From the NCBI GenBank assembly GCA_044222185.1, contig JBGANV010000006.1, positions 160,001 through 224,000 of the forward strand: a DNA stretch of 64,000 nucleotides. The letters are read 5' to 3'. Source of the stretch: Planctomycetota bacterium. Lineage in GTDB: Bacteria > Planctomycetota > GCA-002687715 > CAIWVZ01. How positions within the stretch are numbered: the stretch's first letter is position 1; each line of letters opens with the position of its first letter. The translations under genes and the position numbers were made by a program. Below are positions 17,385-26,852 of the stretch, one piece after another. A model generated the notes under the pieces. That model was not told the DNA's origin and did not search any database. It worked only from the letters and a program-made list of their open reading frames with translations.

Positions 17385-18526
17385 CGGCCGGCTTCGCGTG
17401 CGGTCCGACGATTCTCGCCGTAACGGAACGCCGCACCAAGCAGGAGCCCGACTCCCGCGCCGCCCAGGTGGGCCAGCGCGCTCACGGCGGACTGTCGCGA
17501 CATCTGGAGCTGAAGTCCCCAGATCTGGCTCGCGATCCACACGACGAACTGCCCGAGGATGTTCACGCCGCCGATGAGGAAGCTGTTCGTGGCCACCTTG
17601 GCCGCGGGCCGCATGACGACGAGCGCGGCGAAGAGGCCGGCGATCCCGCCGCTCGCGCCGATCATGGGCACGGTGCGCTCGGGCGCGAGGATCGCATGTG
17701 AGACGGCCGCACCGACGACGGATGCTCCCAGGATCGCGAGGAGCCGCCGATGCCCCGCGAGGTTCTCGATGGTCGCCCCGAGCGGCAAGAACACGAGCAT
17801 GTTTCCCAGGAGGTGCGCGACGTTCGCATGCAGGAAGAAGTGGCTGACGAGTCCGAAGACGTTCCCCCGGAACAGATCGGACGGAACCAGCCCTGCGCGG
17901 GCGATGGCTCCGGCCTTGTCGACGGACAGCGCGACGCCGCTCGTCACGCAGACGATCAGCGTCAACCCGAGAGTCACGGGCGCAGCACGAAGCTGGGCGC
18001 GGACCCCGTTCGAGCGGGGGAAATTGAGCAGGAATGCGATGGCTTCGCCGCCCGCCTCGTCGATCGCGTCCTGTCGCAGCAGCGCCACGCGGCGAGCGGA
18101 CTTCGATGCGCGCTCGACCTTCGTCGGGCGGCGGGCGCACGTCGCATCGGTCATGGCCGCGCGCACGGCCGCGAGCTCGGCGCGGTCGAACCACAAGAGG
18201 TCGCAAGGCGTGCACGCGTCGAGCGACACGAGACCGGCGCTTCCTCGCACGCGCGCCGTCCGCATGGGCTCGGCGCAACGCGGACACGGCCGGTGCGCGG
18301 CGGTCGCGTCACCGAATGCCGTTCGGAGTTCGTCGATCGCCTGAGACGGTGCCAGCGTGCGCAGCGACACGAAGGGCACGATCTGGGATCGGCACGCATC
18401 GCAGAGCCACAGCTCGGGCAACGAACCGATGAGGCGGCCTTCGATCCGCCGCATCGGATGACGGCAGTCCGGGCACTCGAACGTGCGTGCCTCGCGGCGA
18501 TCGATCACCGGTTCGAGTGCAGACAC
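17381..18526 (-). CDS. Rhomboid intramembrane serine protease with N-terminal zinc ribbons
   Basis: CPDC..CDAC and CPRC..CTPC pairs, HFFLHA...HLLGNM, IGASG, AHLGG. Confidence 0.88.
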   Translation of the reverse strand: MSALEPVIDRREARTFECPDCRHPMRRIEGRLIGSLPELWLCDACRSQIVPFVSLRTLAPSQAIDELRTAFGDATAAHRPCPRCAEPMRTARVRGSAGLVSLDACTPCDLLWFDRAELAAVRAAMTDATCARRPTKVERASKSARRVALLRQDAIDEAGGEAIAFLLNFPRSNGVRAQLRAAPVTLGLTLIVCVTSGVALSVDKAGAIARAGLVPSDLFRGNVFGLVSHFFLHANVAHLLGNMLVFLPLGATIENLAGHRRLLAILGASVVGAAVSHAILAPERTVPMIGASGGIAGLFAALVVMRPAAKVATNSFLIGGVNILGQFVVWIASQIWGLQLQMSRQSAVSALAHLGGAGVGLLLGAAFRYGENRRTAREAGR

Positions 18527-18535
18527 GGACGCGAA

Positions 18536-19114
18536 CTACGATCCGATGTTGATGTCGTAGGCCTGCGTGAGCACGAACGGCCCCGCGCATGCCGGTCCCG
18601 GGAACACCACGGCCTGGCTCGAAAGTCGAAGGCAGGTGAACGGCGGGAGGGGCGGCATCGTGAACGTGACGGTGAACACTCCGGCCGTGTTGGTCGTCCC
18701 GGAGAGCAGCACGCTGAGCGGGCAGGTGAAATCCAGGTCCACAGACTGGTTGGTGCTCGCGCCACATGCCGTGAACGGGATTGGCAGGCACGTAGGTCCC
18801 AGCGGTGCGAAGCACGGGATGCATGGACAGGGGTCCGTGAAGATCGTCACCTGGCCGCCCGGCACGCACGTCACCGTGAGTGTGAACGTCCCGCCGCCGG
18901 AGAGGTCGAAGAACATGGGAGTGCAGGACGTGCTGCCCGAGACACCGCCCAGGCCCGGCGTGGTCCCCGGCGGCCAGCAGATGGATGGCGTCGTGCCGCA
19001 GCCGACACAGGTGACGGTGAAGTCGTTCACGAGCGGCACGCCCGTGGTCTGTCCGACGACGCTCGAAGACGCGATCAGCGTTGCGGCGAGGATCGCCACG
19101 ATCCGGCATTTCAT
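18536..19114 (-). CDS. Small secreted Cys/Pro/Thr-rich protein made largely of the shared C-terminal domain
   Basis: Signal peptide (VVG|Q), ggag RBS, 13 Cys in the mature part, ends MPPLPPFTCLRLSSQAVV...LTQAYDINIGS. Confidence 0.75.
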   Translation of the reverse strand: MKCRIVAILAATLIASSSVVGQTTGVPLVNDFTVTCVGCGTTPSICWPPGTTPGLGGVSGSTSCTPMFFDLSGGGTFTLTVTCVPGGQVTIFTDPCPCIPCFAPLGPTCLPIPFTACGASTNQSVDLDFTCPLSVLLSGTTNTAGVFTVTFTMPPLPPFTCLRLSSQAVVFPGPACAGPFVLTQAYDINIGS

Positions 19115-19286
19115 GTCGCTCTCCATCGGGGGATGTGGATTCATCGGCGACGAAGCCTTCGTCCGGCGCCGGAACTCGCACGACCCGTGCCGTCGAGTTC
19201 GCGTGGCGAGCGTACCAGAACGCGGCCCGAACGTGATGTTTCCCGCCGGCGCGCCTTTCGCCGGCCGGCGGAATGGATCGGCCCCG

Positions 19287-20612
19287 TCACATGCGGCGAA
19301 CCGAGATCCCGGTCGCCTTGGCGCGTCCGCCAACGCATCCGACCCCGATCGGTGCGGGCGCCGGATCGATCGCTCCCTCGACACCGAGGGCACCGTTGAT
19401 CCACACGCTGGCCTTGCCGCCTCTGCGGCGCAGCACGATTTCCACCGGCGCCTCGCCGAGCGTGATCGCGGGGTTCACGCCCACCGCCGTGGCGTCGCTG
19501 TAGAGGAAGAGCCCCTGACCCTTCAGCAGCAGCGCCTGACACTTGGGACCGATCTGGAGTTGCACCCCATAGCAGCCGTCGTCGGCGGCGAGCGTGGTCC
19601 GCACGATCGCGTCGGCGACCGCGTCCGCGCCAGTGCGCGCGATGCACCAATCACCCTGCGACTTCTCGCCGGTGAGGACGAGCGTGGGGCGAGCCGTCGC
19701 CTTCGGGTCCCATGCGCCAGGGTCGCCCGCGGGGATCGCCACCCGATCGAGGGACTTCCACTGGGACGCGGGACCCAGGATCGCGTCGGTGAGCTTCGCC
19801 TCCGGCGACTTCTTCAATGCCGCTGACGGCCCATCCGCGCGTTCTTCGAGCAACGAGACGAGTCCGGGGCGGAGCCGGACCTTCTCCAGCCGCGCGTGCC
19901 ACGCCTTCTCGATGGCCGCGAGGTCGGCGCCGAACGCCTCCTTCGCGGGTACTCCCCGGTAGTAGCCGCGTGTCTTCGGCGCGCCGTACGTGTCGAGGAG
20001 GAATCGCATGTAACTGCCGCCGATGTCGTAGCCGTTGACTCCAGGGTGACTGGCGAGCCACGCGTAGAAGTCGTTCAGCCCGTTGAGTTCCGTCAGCGAC
20101 GGAAGCTGCCCCCGCTTCTTGTAGAACGCAGCTACGGCGTCAACGTGAACGCCGTGCACGTAGCGGAGCACCGCGTTCGCGAGGCCTTCGGCGAAGAAGA
20201 GGTTGCGGGTTTCCGGGCCACGCTCGGTGAACTTCTCGGCGACGACGTGCACGAGCTCGTGGACGCGCGTCTGGTCGTTGTCGCGGGGCACGTGCGACTC
20301 GAGCGGGATCGAGAACCCCTCTGCGCCCGTTTTCGTGATCTTCTGCAACTCGGCCACGTCGTCGTAGACGAACAGCTTGATGACGTGGGGGAAGTCCGGC
20401 AGCGCCAGCTCCTTCAGGATCATGGCGAGATCGGTCTCGACCATCGCCACCACCCGGTCGATCGACGCCTCCGCGTGCGAGTCCGGGCGAAAGTGGATTT
20501 CGAAGTGCTTCGTCTTCTCGACGCCGGTGAGCACCTTCGCCGCATCGCCCTGGGCGGCGGCCTGGGTGGTGAGGATTGCGACGGCGAGCAGGACGGCGAG
20601 CGGTCTGTTCAT
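19287..20612 (-). CDS. Secreted gluzincin-like Zn metallopeptidase (MA clan) with C-terminal beta-sandwich
   Basis: Signal peptide (AAA|Q), HELVH plus FFAEGLA third ligand, beta-rich C-terminus. Start MNRPL at 20612. Confidence 0.72.
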   Translation of the reverse strand: MNRPLAVLLAVAILTTQAAAQGDAAKVLTGVEKTKHFEIHFRPDSHAEASIDRVVAMVETDLAMILKELALPDFPHVIKLFVYDDVAELQKITKTGAEGFSIPLESHVPRDNDQTRVHELVHVVAEKFTERGPETRNLFFAEGLANAVLRYVHGVHVDAVAAFYKKRGQLPSLTELNGLNDFYAWLASHPGVNGYDIGGSYMRFLLDTYGAPKTRGYYRGVPAKEAFGADLAAIEKAWHARLEKVRLRPGLVSLLEERADGPSAALKKSPEAKLTDAILGPASQWKSLDRVAIPAGDPGAWDPKATARPTLVLTGEKSQGDWCIARTGADAVADAIVRTTLAADDGCYGVQLQIGPKCQALLLKGQGLFLYSDATAVGVNPAITLGEAPVEIVLRRRGGKASVWINGALGVEGAIDPAPAPIGVGCVGGRAKATGISVRRM

Positions 20613-20680
20613 TGGCGGTGACCTCGCGTGCGTTGGACGCAGCTTAGTCGAGGACGTTCCGCCAGGTCGCCACGCGCTCG

Positions 20681-23302
20681 TCACTTTCGTTCGCGTTCGG
20701 GCAGCGCGGCCGATGCATCGAGCGTTCGCTCGATCGGCTCGACGCCTACAACCTCCAGGACTCCGAGGTCTTGCGCCACGACTCTGCGGGTGACGCCGAT
20801 GGGGCCGTCGTTCCGCCAGCCGACGAGCTGGATCCGCCAGACGCCCTTGGGGATGCCGCTCACACGGAAGCGTCCGTCAGGCCCGACCCTCGCGTCGGCC
20901 TCGGTCTCGGGCGGCAGCGCATGGCGCGACGGGTCGACGACGTCGACGAGATTCACGTAGGGCGCGTTGCCGAGCACGGTGAGCGCATCCGTGGCGCCCT
21001 CCGGCCCGACCTTCCCAGTGAAGATGCCGCCGGCCTCGGCGACCACCGTGACCGTCTCTCCCTGGTCACCCACGCGGAACGGCCCCATGCGTTTCGCGAC
21101 GACTCCCGCGCCCCGCAGCAGGACGTCGAACGCGGTTCCGCTCGCGAGGTGAAGCGTCACGCGGCCCTCCGCATCGGTCCGACCACCGCCCAGTGCCATG
21201 AGCGAGTCACCCGGATCTGGCGGTGTGTCCTGCCGATGGCGCATGAGTGCCATCGTCACTCCCTCGATCGCGCTTCCGCCAGTCGTCGTGACGCGGACCG
21301 TGACGCCAACCGGCGCCGCCAGTTCCACGGTGATCTCTCCCGTTCCAGACTGCGGGATCACGACGCTCGCAAGAGCGCTCTCGCCATCCGCGCCTGTGAC
21401 GAGCACGTCCACGTCACCCCGAGGCAATCCACCGGCACGCGCGACGCCGCGCTCGTGATTCGCCATGGCGATGACGGCCTCCCAGGCGCGGACCTGCTTC
21501 GCGCCGTCGGACCGGCGGGCGCGGGCGCGCGCACTGAAGCGCGTCACCGGCGTGCCGTCTGGCCGGAGTACCCGGATGTCGAGAGTGGCCGCGCGTCTCA
21601 GGGCGATGCGGACGTTCGTCCGACCCCAGCCGATGGGCTCTGGCGATTCCCACGCCTCGAATCCCGTCGGTTCAGGGACGACGAGACGGACGGCGATCTC
21701 CCGTTGCCCGTTGCCGGCGAGGATGAACGTGCCATCCTCCGCGCTGCCGGTCGCGCCCAACACGTTGCCCGCGCCGTCGCGGCCTTCGATCGCATGGTGT
21801 CCCGCCGGTCGGCCGAACTCGTCCACCACGATTCCCGTGATGGTGTCCGCTGGATCGGGGAGTCTCACGACGACCGTGAGCTCGAGCTCGCTCCCGTCAT
21901 CCGCGACGGAGAACGACGACCTTCCCTGGATCCAGGCCGGCCCGGTGATCTGCGTGAGATAGTCGCCCGGCGCGAGCGCGCGGCCGAAGTCGAAGTGCCC
22001 GCTCGCATCGCTCACGGCGCGCACGGTTCGCGCCGACCACCGCACGGCGAGGCGGGTTCCGACGGCGACGGCGGTGACTTCGCGTCCCGCCACGGGCCGA
22101 CCTCCCATGTCGCGCAGCGTGCCCCACACGCGCTGGCCGCGTGCGAGTCGGATCTCCCCGAGGTTGCCTCGATCGGGGCCCGTCGCATTCAGGATGCACG
22201 GACCGACGGGAACGCGGTCGGGGTGTTTGACCTCGACGGCGAACATACGGCTCCTCGATCCGGCGAAGGGGATGGTGAAGGCTCCGTCCGTTCCCGTCGT
22301 CACGGGCGGTGGTGCGACCCAGAACACGGGGCTCGAGTCCGTGGCGACGGGTTCGTTCCAGGAGGGGACGTGGACGACGGTGACCGTGCAGCCGGCGAGC
22401 GGGAGATCCGACTCGGCGGCCACGCATCGTCCGCTGGCCGTGAGTCGATCGAGGCCGGCCTCGATCGCTGGCTTGCCTCCCTCGACCGTGGGATCGCGGA
22501 ACGGAACGACCTTCACGGACGTGGAGTCGTCGTGCGGCGACGTGGCGATCACTCCAGCCGAATCGCTGCTTGCGGGCGGCGTCGGCGCCACGGGACCTGG
22601 AGGATCGCCCGCGCGATCGAGCGTCCAGTAACCGAGCGGCAGGAGGACGAGCAGCGCCAGGGCGATCAACACGTTCCGCGTGGTCATGGCGAGGAGTCCC
22701 GTGGCCGGGACCAGGCTGGCGGTCGCTACGCCCCGCGTGCCGACGTGGCCCACGAGCATCGCGAGCGAGACTCGCCAGTCCGATCCGTTTGGCCCGTGGT
22801 CCAGCCGATCGCGGAGCATTTCGAACGCTCGCCGCAGGCGCGAGCGCACGGTCGCCTCGGGGATTCCCGCATGCGCCGCGATCTGCGCCGGGGAGAGCTC
22901 CTCGAAGAACCGGCTGAACACGCAGCCCTTGTACGGTTCGGGCAGCGACATCAGCCCGTCGACGAGACGGCGGAGCGTGTCTTCCCGTTCGACGCTGGAG
23001 GTCTCCGGCGGCACCGCTTCGGGGCGAGCCGCGGCGCCCTCACGGGCGGTTCGACGGGCCTCGGCGCGACGCAGGTGACTCACGGCCCCCCGCGCCACGT
23101 GCCCGAGCCATGCGAGAGGGTTGCGCACGACCCGGATGGGCGCGGCGAGCACCGTCATCCACGTCTGCTGTTCGACGTCGTCGGCGAGCGACGGATCGCC
23201 CACGAGTCGACGCGCCACCGCGCGTACGAATCGCGTGTGCTCCAGGAGCTCCGCTTGCGTCAGCGTCTTCGTCACCCCGTGCTGCTCATTTCGATCGGCC
23301 AT
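20681..23302 (-). CDS. ECF sigma factor fused through a TM helix to extracytoplasmic CarboxypepD_reg-like repeats
   Basis: ADDVEQQTW, AWL..VAR, LPEPY....RFFEELSPAQIA...IPEATVRSRLRRA; TM VLIALALLVLLPLGYW; then repeated G...D..G.P domains. Confidence 0.88.
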   Translation of the reverse strand: MADRNEQHGVTKTLTQAELLEHTRFVRAVARRLVGDPSLADDVEQQTWMTVLAAPIRVVRNPLAWLGHVARGAVSHLRRAEARRTAREGAAARPEAVPPETSSVEREDTLRRLVDGLMSLPEPYKGCVFSRFFEELSPAQIAAHAGIPEATVRSRLRRAFEMLRDRLDHGPNGSDWRVSLAMLVGHVGTRGVATASLVPATGLLAMTTRNVLIALALLVLLPLGYWTLDRAGDPPGPVAPTPPASSDSAGVIATSPHDDSTSVKVVPFRDPTVEGGKPAIEAGLDRLTASGRCVAAESDLPLAGCTVTVVHVPSWNEPVATDSSPVFWVAPPPVTTGTDGAFTIPFAGSRSRMFAVEVKHPDRVPVGPCILNATGPDRGNLGEIRLARGQRVWGTLRDMGGRPVAGREVTAVAVGTRLAVRWSARTVRAVSDASGHFDFGRALAPGDYLTQITGPAWIQGRSSFSVADDGSELELTVVVRLPDPADTITGIVVDEFGRPAGHHAIEGRDGAGNVLGATGSAEDGTFILAGNGQREIAVRLVVPEPTGFEAWESPEPIGWGRTNVRIALRRAATLDIRVLRPDGTPVTRFSARARARRSDGAKQVRAWEAVIAMANHERGVARAGGLPRGDVDVLVTGADGESALASVVIPQSGTGEITVELAAPVGVTVRVTTTGGSAIEGVTMALMRHRQDTPPDPGDSLMALGGGRTDAEGRVTLHLASGTAFDVLLRGAGVVAKRMGPFRVGDQGETVTVVAEAGGIFTGKVGPEGATDALTVLGNAPYVNLVDVVDPSRHALPPETEADARVGPDGRFRVSGIPKGVWRIQLVGWRNDGPIGVTRRVVAQDLGVLEVVGVEPIERTLDASAALPERERK

Positions 23303-23390
23303 TCCATCGGGATTAGAGCCCGCCGATGGCAGGACGGATCACACGTCACTCGGATTTCCACGCCCGCCACCAGTCTTCGGCCGGCGGGGC

Positions 23391-26300
23391 TCAGCGCCGA
23401 TACGTGATCCGTGTCTCCTCACCGGATTTGATCGTGATGGATTGGCGGATCGTCCAACTCGGTCGACCCTCGGTCGGGCCCAAGCGCAACTGCCAGTCTC
23501 CGGGGGCAAGCGAGGGGACGAGGCACGCCGGCGTAGACGGGTTCACGGTCTCGATTCGCATTGGAACGTGTTGTGTGATGGGCACCAGCTCGAGTTCGAG
23601 CTCGGCGTCGGCGGGGCAGTCGACTCGCTCGATCGTGACGCGGAGGGACCCGTTGCGAACGACACGAACGATCCCGACGTCCGCATCGCGGCCCCTCGGC
23701 AACTCGACGCCTCGGAGCAGGACGGGGACGTGCCCCGACACCGCGACGGCGATGTCATACACGCCGGGCTCGTATCCCCCGAAACAGTACCCGTCCTTCG
23801 TCTGGATCAGCGGAGTGGTGAAGGCTGAGTCCGCAGCCGCACCCGGGACGGTGAGCGTGACGTCGCCCGCGACCGAGGGAGGGGACGCCGGCGCGACGTC
23901 GGCACCTCGGATCGTCATGGTCGCGCGGGGCGCGCGAACGAGCTCGAGCTGCAGGTTCTGACGGGGCCCGCGGACGACGACATGTCCGCGCTGCGGATCC
24001 GGGCGCAACGTCGGGTGGATGACGGTGAGCTCGACGGGACGGTCTCCGCGGATCTGCATGGAGAACATGCCAGCCTCGTCGACGGAGCCCGTGCCCTTGA
24101 GCTCCGTCGCCCCACACAACACCGGCAGCGCCGGGTCTTCGACCGACCACGCCACCTGCGTGTCGATCAGCGCTTCGCCGTCGGGGACGATGACCCGGCC
24201 TTCGACGAAGAAGATGTGAGAGAGATCCCACGAGACCTCGACGGTCGTCGCGGGCGAGGTCAGGTCGAGCAGGGGCCCGGGGGTCCCCGTGGTCGTTTCG
24301 AACGCGCGGTATCGGCCGAGCGGGAGGTCGGCCCATTCCGCGCGGAAATGGGCAGACGAGGTGTCGTCGATCATCGGCCTCGACATCGGTCCAAACTTGG
24401 CGCCGTGAGGCGCCGACGGCCCTGACTCGAGCTGGCAGAGGACGAGATCGACCGCGCGGCTCGATGGCAGCGTGACGGCGATCGCCACCTTCGCGGCCGC
24501 ACCGATGCCGACGTCGAAACGCAGCTTGCGATCCGGAGGAATCGGCCGCTCCGGGAACATGGCCGGCGGGAGATCGCCACCCGTGCAGGTGACGGCCGGG
24601 ATCGAGCCCTCGGGCGGGATCCACCACGAGAAGTGGAGCGTGCCCGACGCGGGATCCTCGGACCAGTCGGTTGCGAACGTCACGGGGTCGTCGGGGAGGA
24701 ACTCGAAGTCGGCGGGAAGGCGTGGCTTCCCGTCGACCGTCACGTGGACGGTGGTGTCGACTCGGACTCCGAGGTCGATCGTGACGGTCGTCTCGGGCGC
24801 CGTCACGGGGTTCACGGTCACGCAGCGGTCGCCGAGCCTGGGAAGCAACGGTGCCTGTGCCACCTGCAGAGATCGCGTCCCGCCGGGTGGGACGTCTTCG
24901 TCCGTCGGCGGCGCCCGGAGTGCGAGCGCCGCCGGTCTCACGCTGATGCTGCACGGGCGGGGGAAGGTCGATTCGAAGATCACGGTCCCCGCCGCATCCG
25001 TGATGCCCCAGCTCGGCGACGAATCCGACGCATCACGAAGCACGATCACACCGGGCACCGGGTGCCCTTCGGCGACGACCTTGGCGATGACGCGGGCCGG
25101 CGCGACGAAACGGACGGGTTCTCCCGTGGACTGCCAGTCCGTGTGCGCCACGACGGCCTGCCGGCCATCGGCTGCGGTGGCGACACCCGCGGTACCCCAG
25201 CCCTCTCCGCGTTCGAACGTCTCGCACACGAGGAATTCCCCCTCCACGTGAGCTGCAAGCACCCGCGCCGCCGGATTCGACGGGTGCTCGACGGAAATCC
25301 GACACGCGCTCCCGTCCGGCGGTGGCGCGCCGCCGGTCGTGTCGATGGGCCAGCGCGCGCCGAGTTCGTCGGGTGACGGGTCGAGCTTGACCGTGAGGGA
25401 GCGCTCCTTCCCGAGATCGAACCACTCCTGCGCCTCCGGTGCCACCCAGCCGGGGGCCCGGAGGATGCGGACGCTCACGGGCCAGGAGGCCGGAACGCCG
25501 TCGATGCGGGCGGTCCCCGTCGCATCGGTTGGCACGCCCGAGCTGAACCAATAGCCGGAGCTTCGAAGGGACGCGACGTCCCCTCGACCGGCGTAGAGCG
25601 TCACGCCGGGAATCGGCGCGCCTCCCTTCGAGGAAATCACTCGAACGGTCAGGGGCGCCACGGGCTCGAGGTCGAAGACGCAGGTGTCGGTCCCGTCCGA
25701 CTCGCCGAGGACCCGCGTGGCGCACCGACCATCTCGCGCGCGCACGTGTACGCACGGCGAGTCGTCGTAGGCCCAGGCGAACTGGAACAGGCCCGCGGAG
25801 TCCGTTGCGCCACTGAGGAACGCGGAACGTTCGCTGCCTGTGAACAGCGTATGCAGCTCGGTGGCGACGCGGATCGACGCGCCGGCGACCGCGTCGTTTC
25901 CGCTGGTTACTCGGATGGTGAACGGTCGCAGGTTCCGCAGAGCGAGGGTCCCGAAATCCCAGAACGGCGCCCCGCGAGGTTCGAGCCTCCAATACAGGAT
26001 GCGCCCGTGGCCTCGGCCGTCGGTGGCGAAAACCTGGATGTACGCGTCGTCGGTTCGATCGGGCTCGGGCAACCAGAAGTCGAAGTTCCCATTCGAATCC
26101 GTCGCGGCGGTGACGGTCTCGACACCCGCGGTGGCGCCCTTGACCTCGACGCCGGCCAACGGGAAGCGGTCGTCGTCGACGAATCGTCCGGTCAGGTGGA
26201 GGCCCGACCCGGACCGGGTGACGGGCTCCGTTGCAGGGTCGAACGGCGCCGTGCGGACCGTGCGGTCCGCGGCATTCTTCCGATCACCGGTTGCCGTCTC

Positions 26301-26447
26301 GTGCGACCTCTCTGCGAGCGGCGTGGGGGCATCGGGCGCCAGGACGCAATCGCGGCCGTCGTCCCGAAGGAGTGCGATCGCGAGCGCGAGAACGAACGCC
26401 GTCGCGCCGACGATCGCGAGCGCCTTCCGTGTCGCCGTCGCGGCCAT
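23391..26447 (-). CDS. Membrane-anchored CarboxypepD_reg-like repeat protein
   Basis: N-terminal TM, LTGRFVDDDRFPLAGVEV, TDSNGNF, TDATG, PGVY repeats. Start 26447 (alternative 26459). Confidence 0.78.
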   Translation of the reverse strand: MAATATRKALAIVGATAFVLALAIALLRDDGRDCVLAPDAPTPLAERSHETATGDRKNAADRTVRTAPFDPATEPVTRSGSGLHLTGRFVDDDRFPLAGVEVKGATAGVETVTAATDSNGNFDFWLPEPDRTDDAYIQVFATDGRGHGRILYWRLEPRGAPFWDFGTLALRNLRPFTIRVTSGNDAVAGASIRVATELHTLFTGSERSAFLSGATDSAGLFQFAWAYDDSPCVHVRARDGRCATRVLGESDGTDTCVFDLEPVAPLTVRVISSKGGAPIPGVTLYAGRGDVASLRSSGYWFSSGVPTDATGTARIDGVPASWPVSVRILRAPGWVAPEAQEWFDLGKERSLTVKLDPSPDELGARWPIDTTGGAPPPDGSACRISVEHPSNPAARVLAAHVEGEFLVCETFERGEGWGTAGVATAADGRQAVVAHTDWQSTGEPVRFVAPARVIAKVVAEGHPVPGVIVLRDASDSSPSWGITDAAGTVIFESTFPRPCSISVRPAALALRAPPTDEDVPPGGTRSLQVAQAPLLPRLGDRCVTVNPVTAPETTVTIDLGVRVDTTVHVTVDGKPRLPADFEFLPDDPVTFATDWSEDPASGTLHFSWWIPPEGSIPAVTCTGGDLPPAMFPERPIPPDRKLRFDVGIGAAAKVAIAVTLPSSRAVDLVLCQLESGPSAPHGAKFGPMSRPMIDDTSSAHFRAEWADLPLGRYRAFETTTGTPGPLLDLTSPATTVEVSWDLSHIFFVEGRVIVPDGEALIDTQVAWSVEDPALPVLCGATELKGTGSVDEAGMFSMQIRGDRPVELTVIHPTLRPDPQRGHVVVRGPRQNLQLELVRAPRATMTIRGADVAPASPPSVAGDVTLTVPGAAADSAFTTPLIQTKDGYCFGGYEPGVYDIAVAVSGHVPVLLRGVELPRGRDADVGIVRVVRNGSLRVTIERVDCPADAELELELVPITQHVPMRIETVNPSTPACLVPSLAPGDWQLRLGPTEGRPSWTIRQSITIKSGEETRITYRR

Positions 26448-26523
26448 GGGGCGCATCATACTGAAGCGCGGCTACGACTGTTCCGGATAGCTCGGCCGAG
26501 CGGCGGTTTGCTGCGCGACGTCG

Positions 26524-26793
26524 TCGCGGAGGAGTGCGAGTCGCCAACCGCGGCAAGGCAGGAGCCTTGCCGATCCAGCCAGGCAGAGCCTGGCGTTCCG
26601 GCGCTGGGATCGCCGCATTTCACGTGGCTGGCTGGCAGGCACCAGCCCAGCCGCGAGTGGCGGCATGCGCGTTTCGTTGAGGGTGACGATCGACGATCGA
26701 CAGTCACGCGTGATCGCGGAGGAGTGCGAGTCGCCAATCGCGGCAAGGCAGGAGCCTTGCCGATCCAGCCAGGCAGAGCCTGGCGTTCCGGCG
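26524..26793. repeat. Two 80-bp direct repeats with REP-like palindromes, same family as 308-800
   Basis: tcgcggaggagtgcgagtcgccaa[c/t]cgcggcaaggcaggagccttgccgatccagccaggcagagcctggcgttccggcg at 26524-26603 and 26714-26793 (one mismatch). Confidence 0.85.
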
Positions 26794-26852
26794 TCCTTTC
26801 CGGGCGCGGCCCTTTGACGGGCTCCGTCAGCCCGTGGTAAGCCAGCGGCCTC

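Noticed and set aside
17385-18287. 582-aa ORF 16539-18287 as one protein or a frameshifted rhomboid
   Set aside because: The upstream part overlaps the intact rhomboid in another frame; the ATGA junction explains two separate genes.
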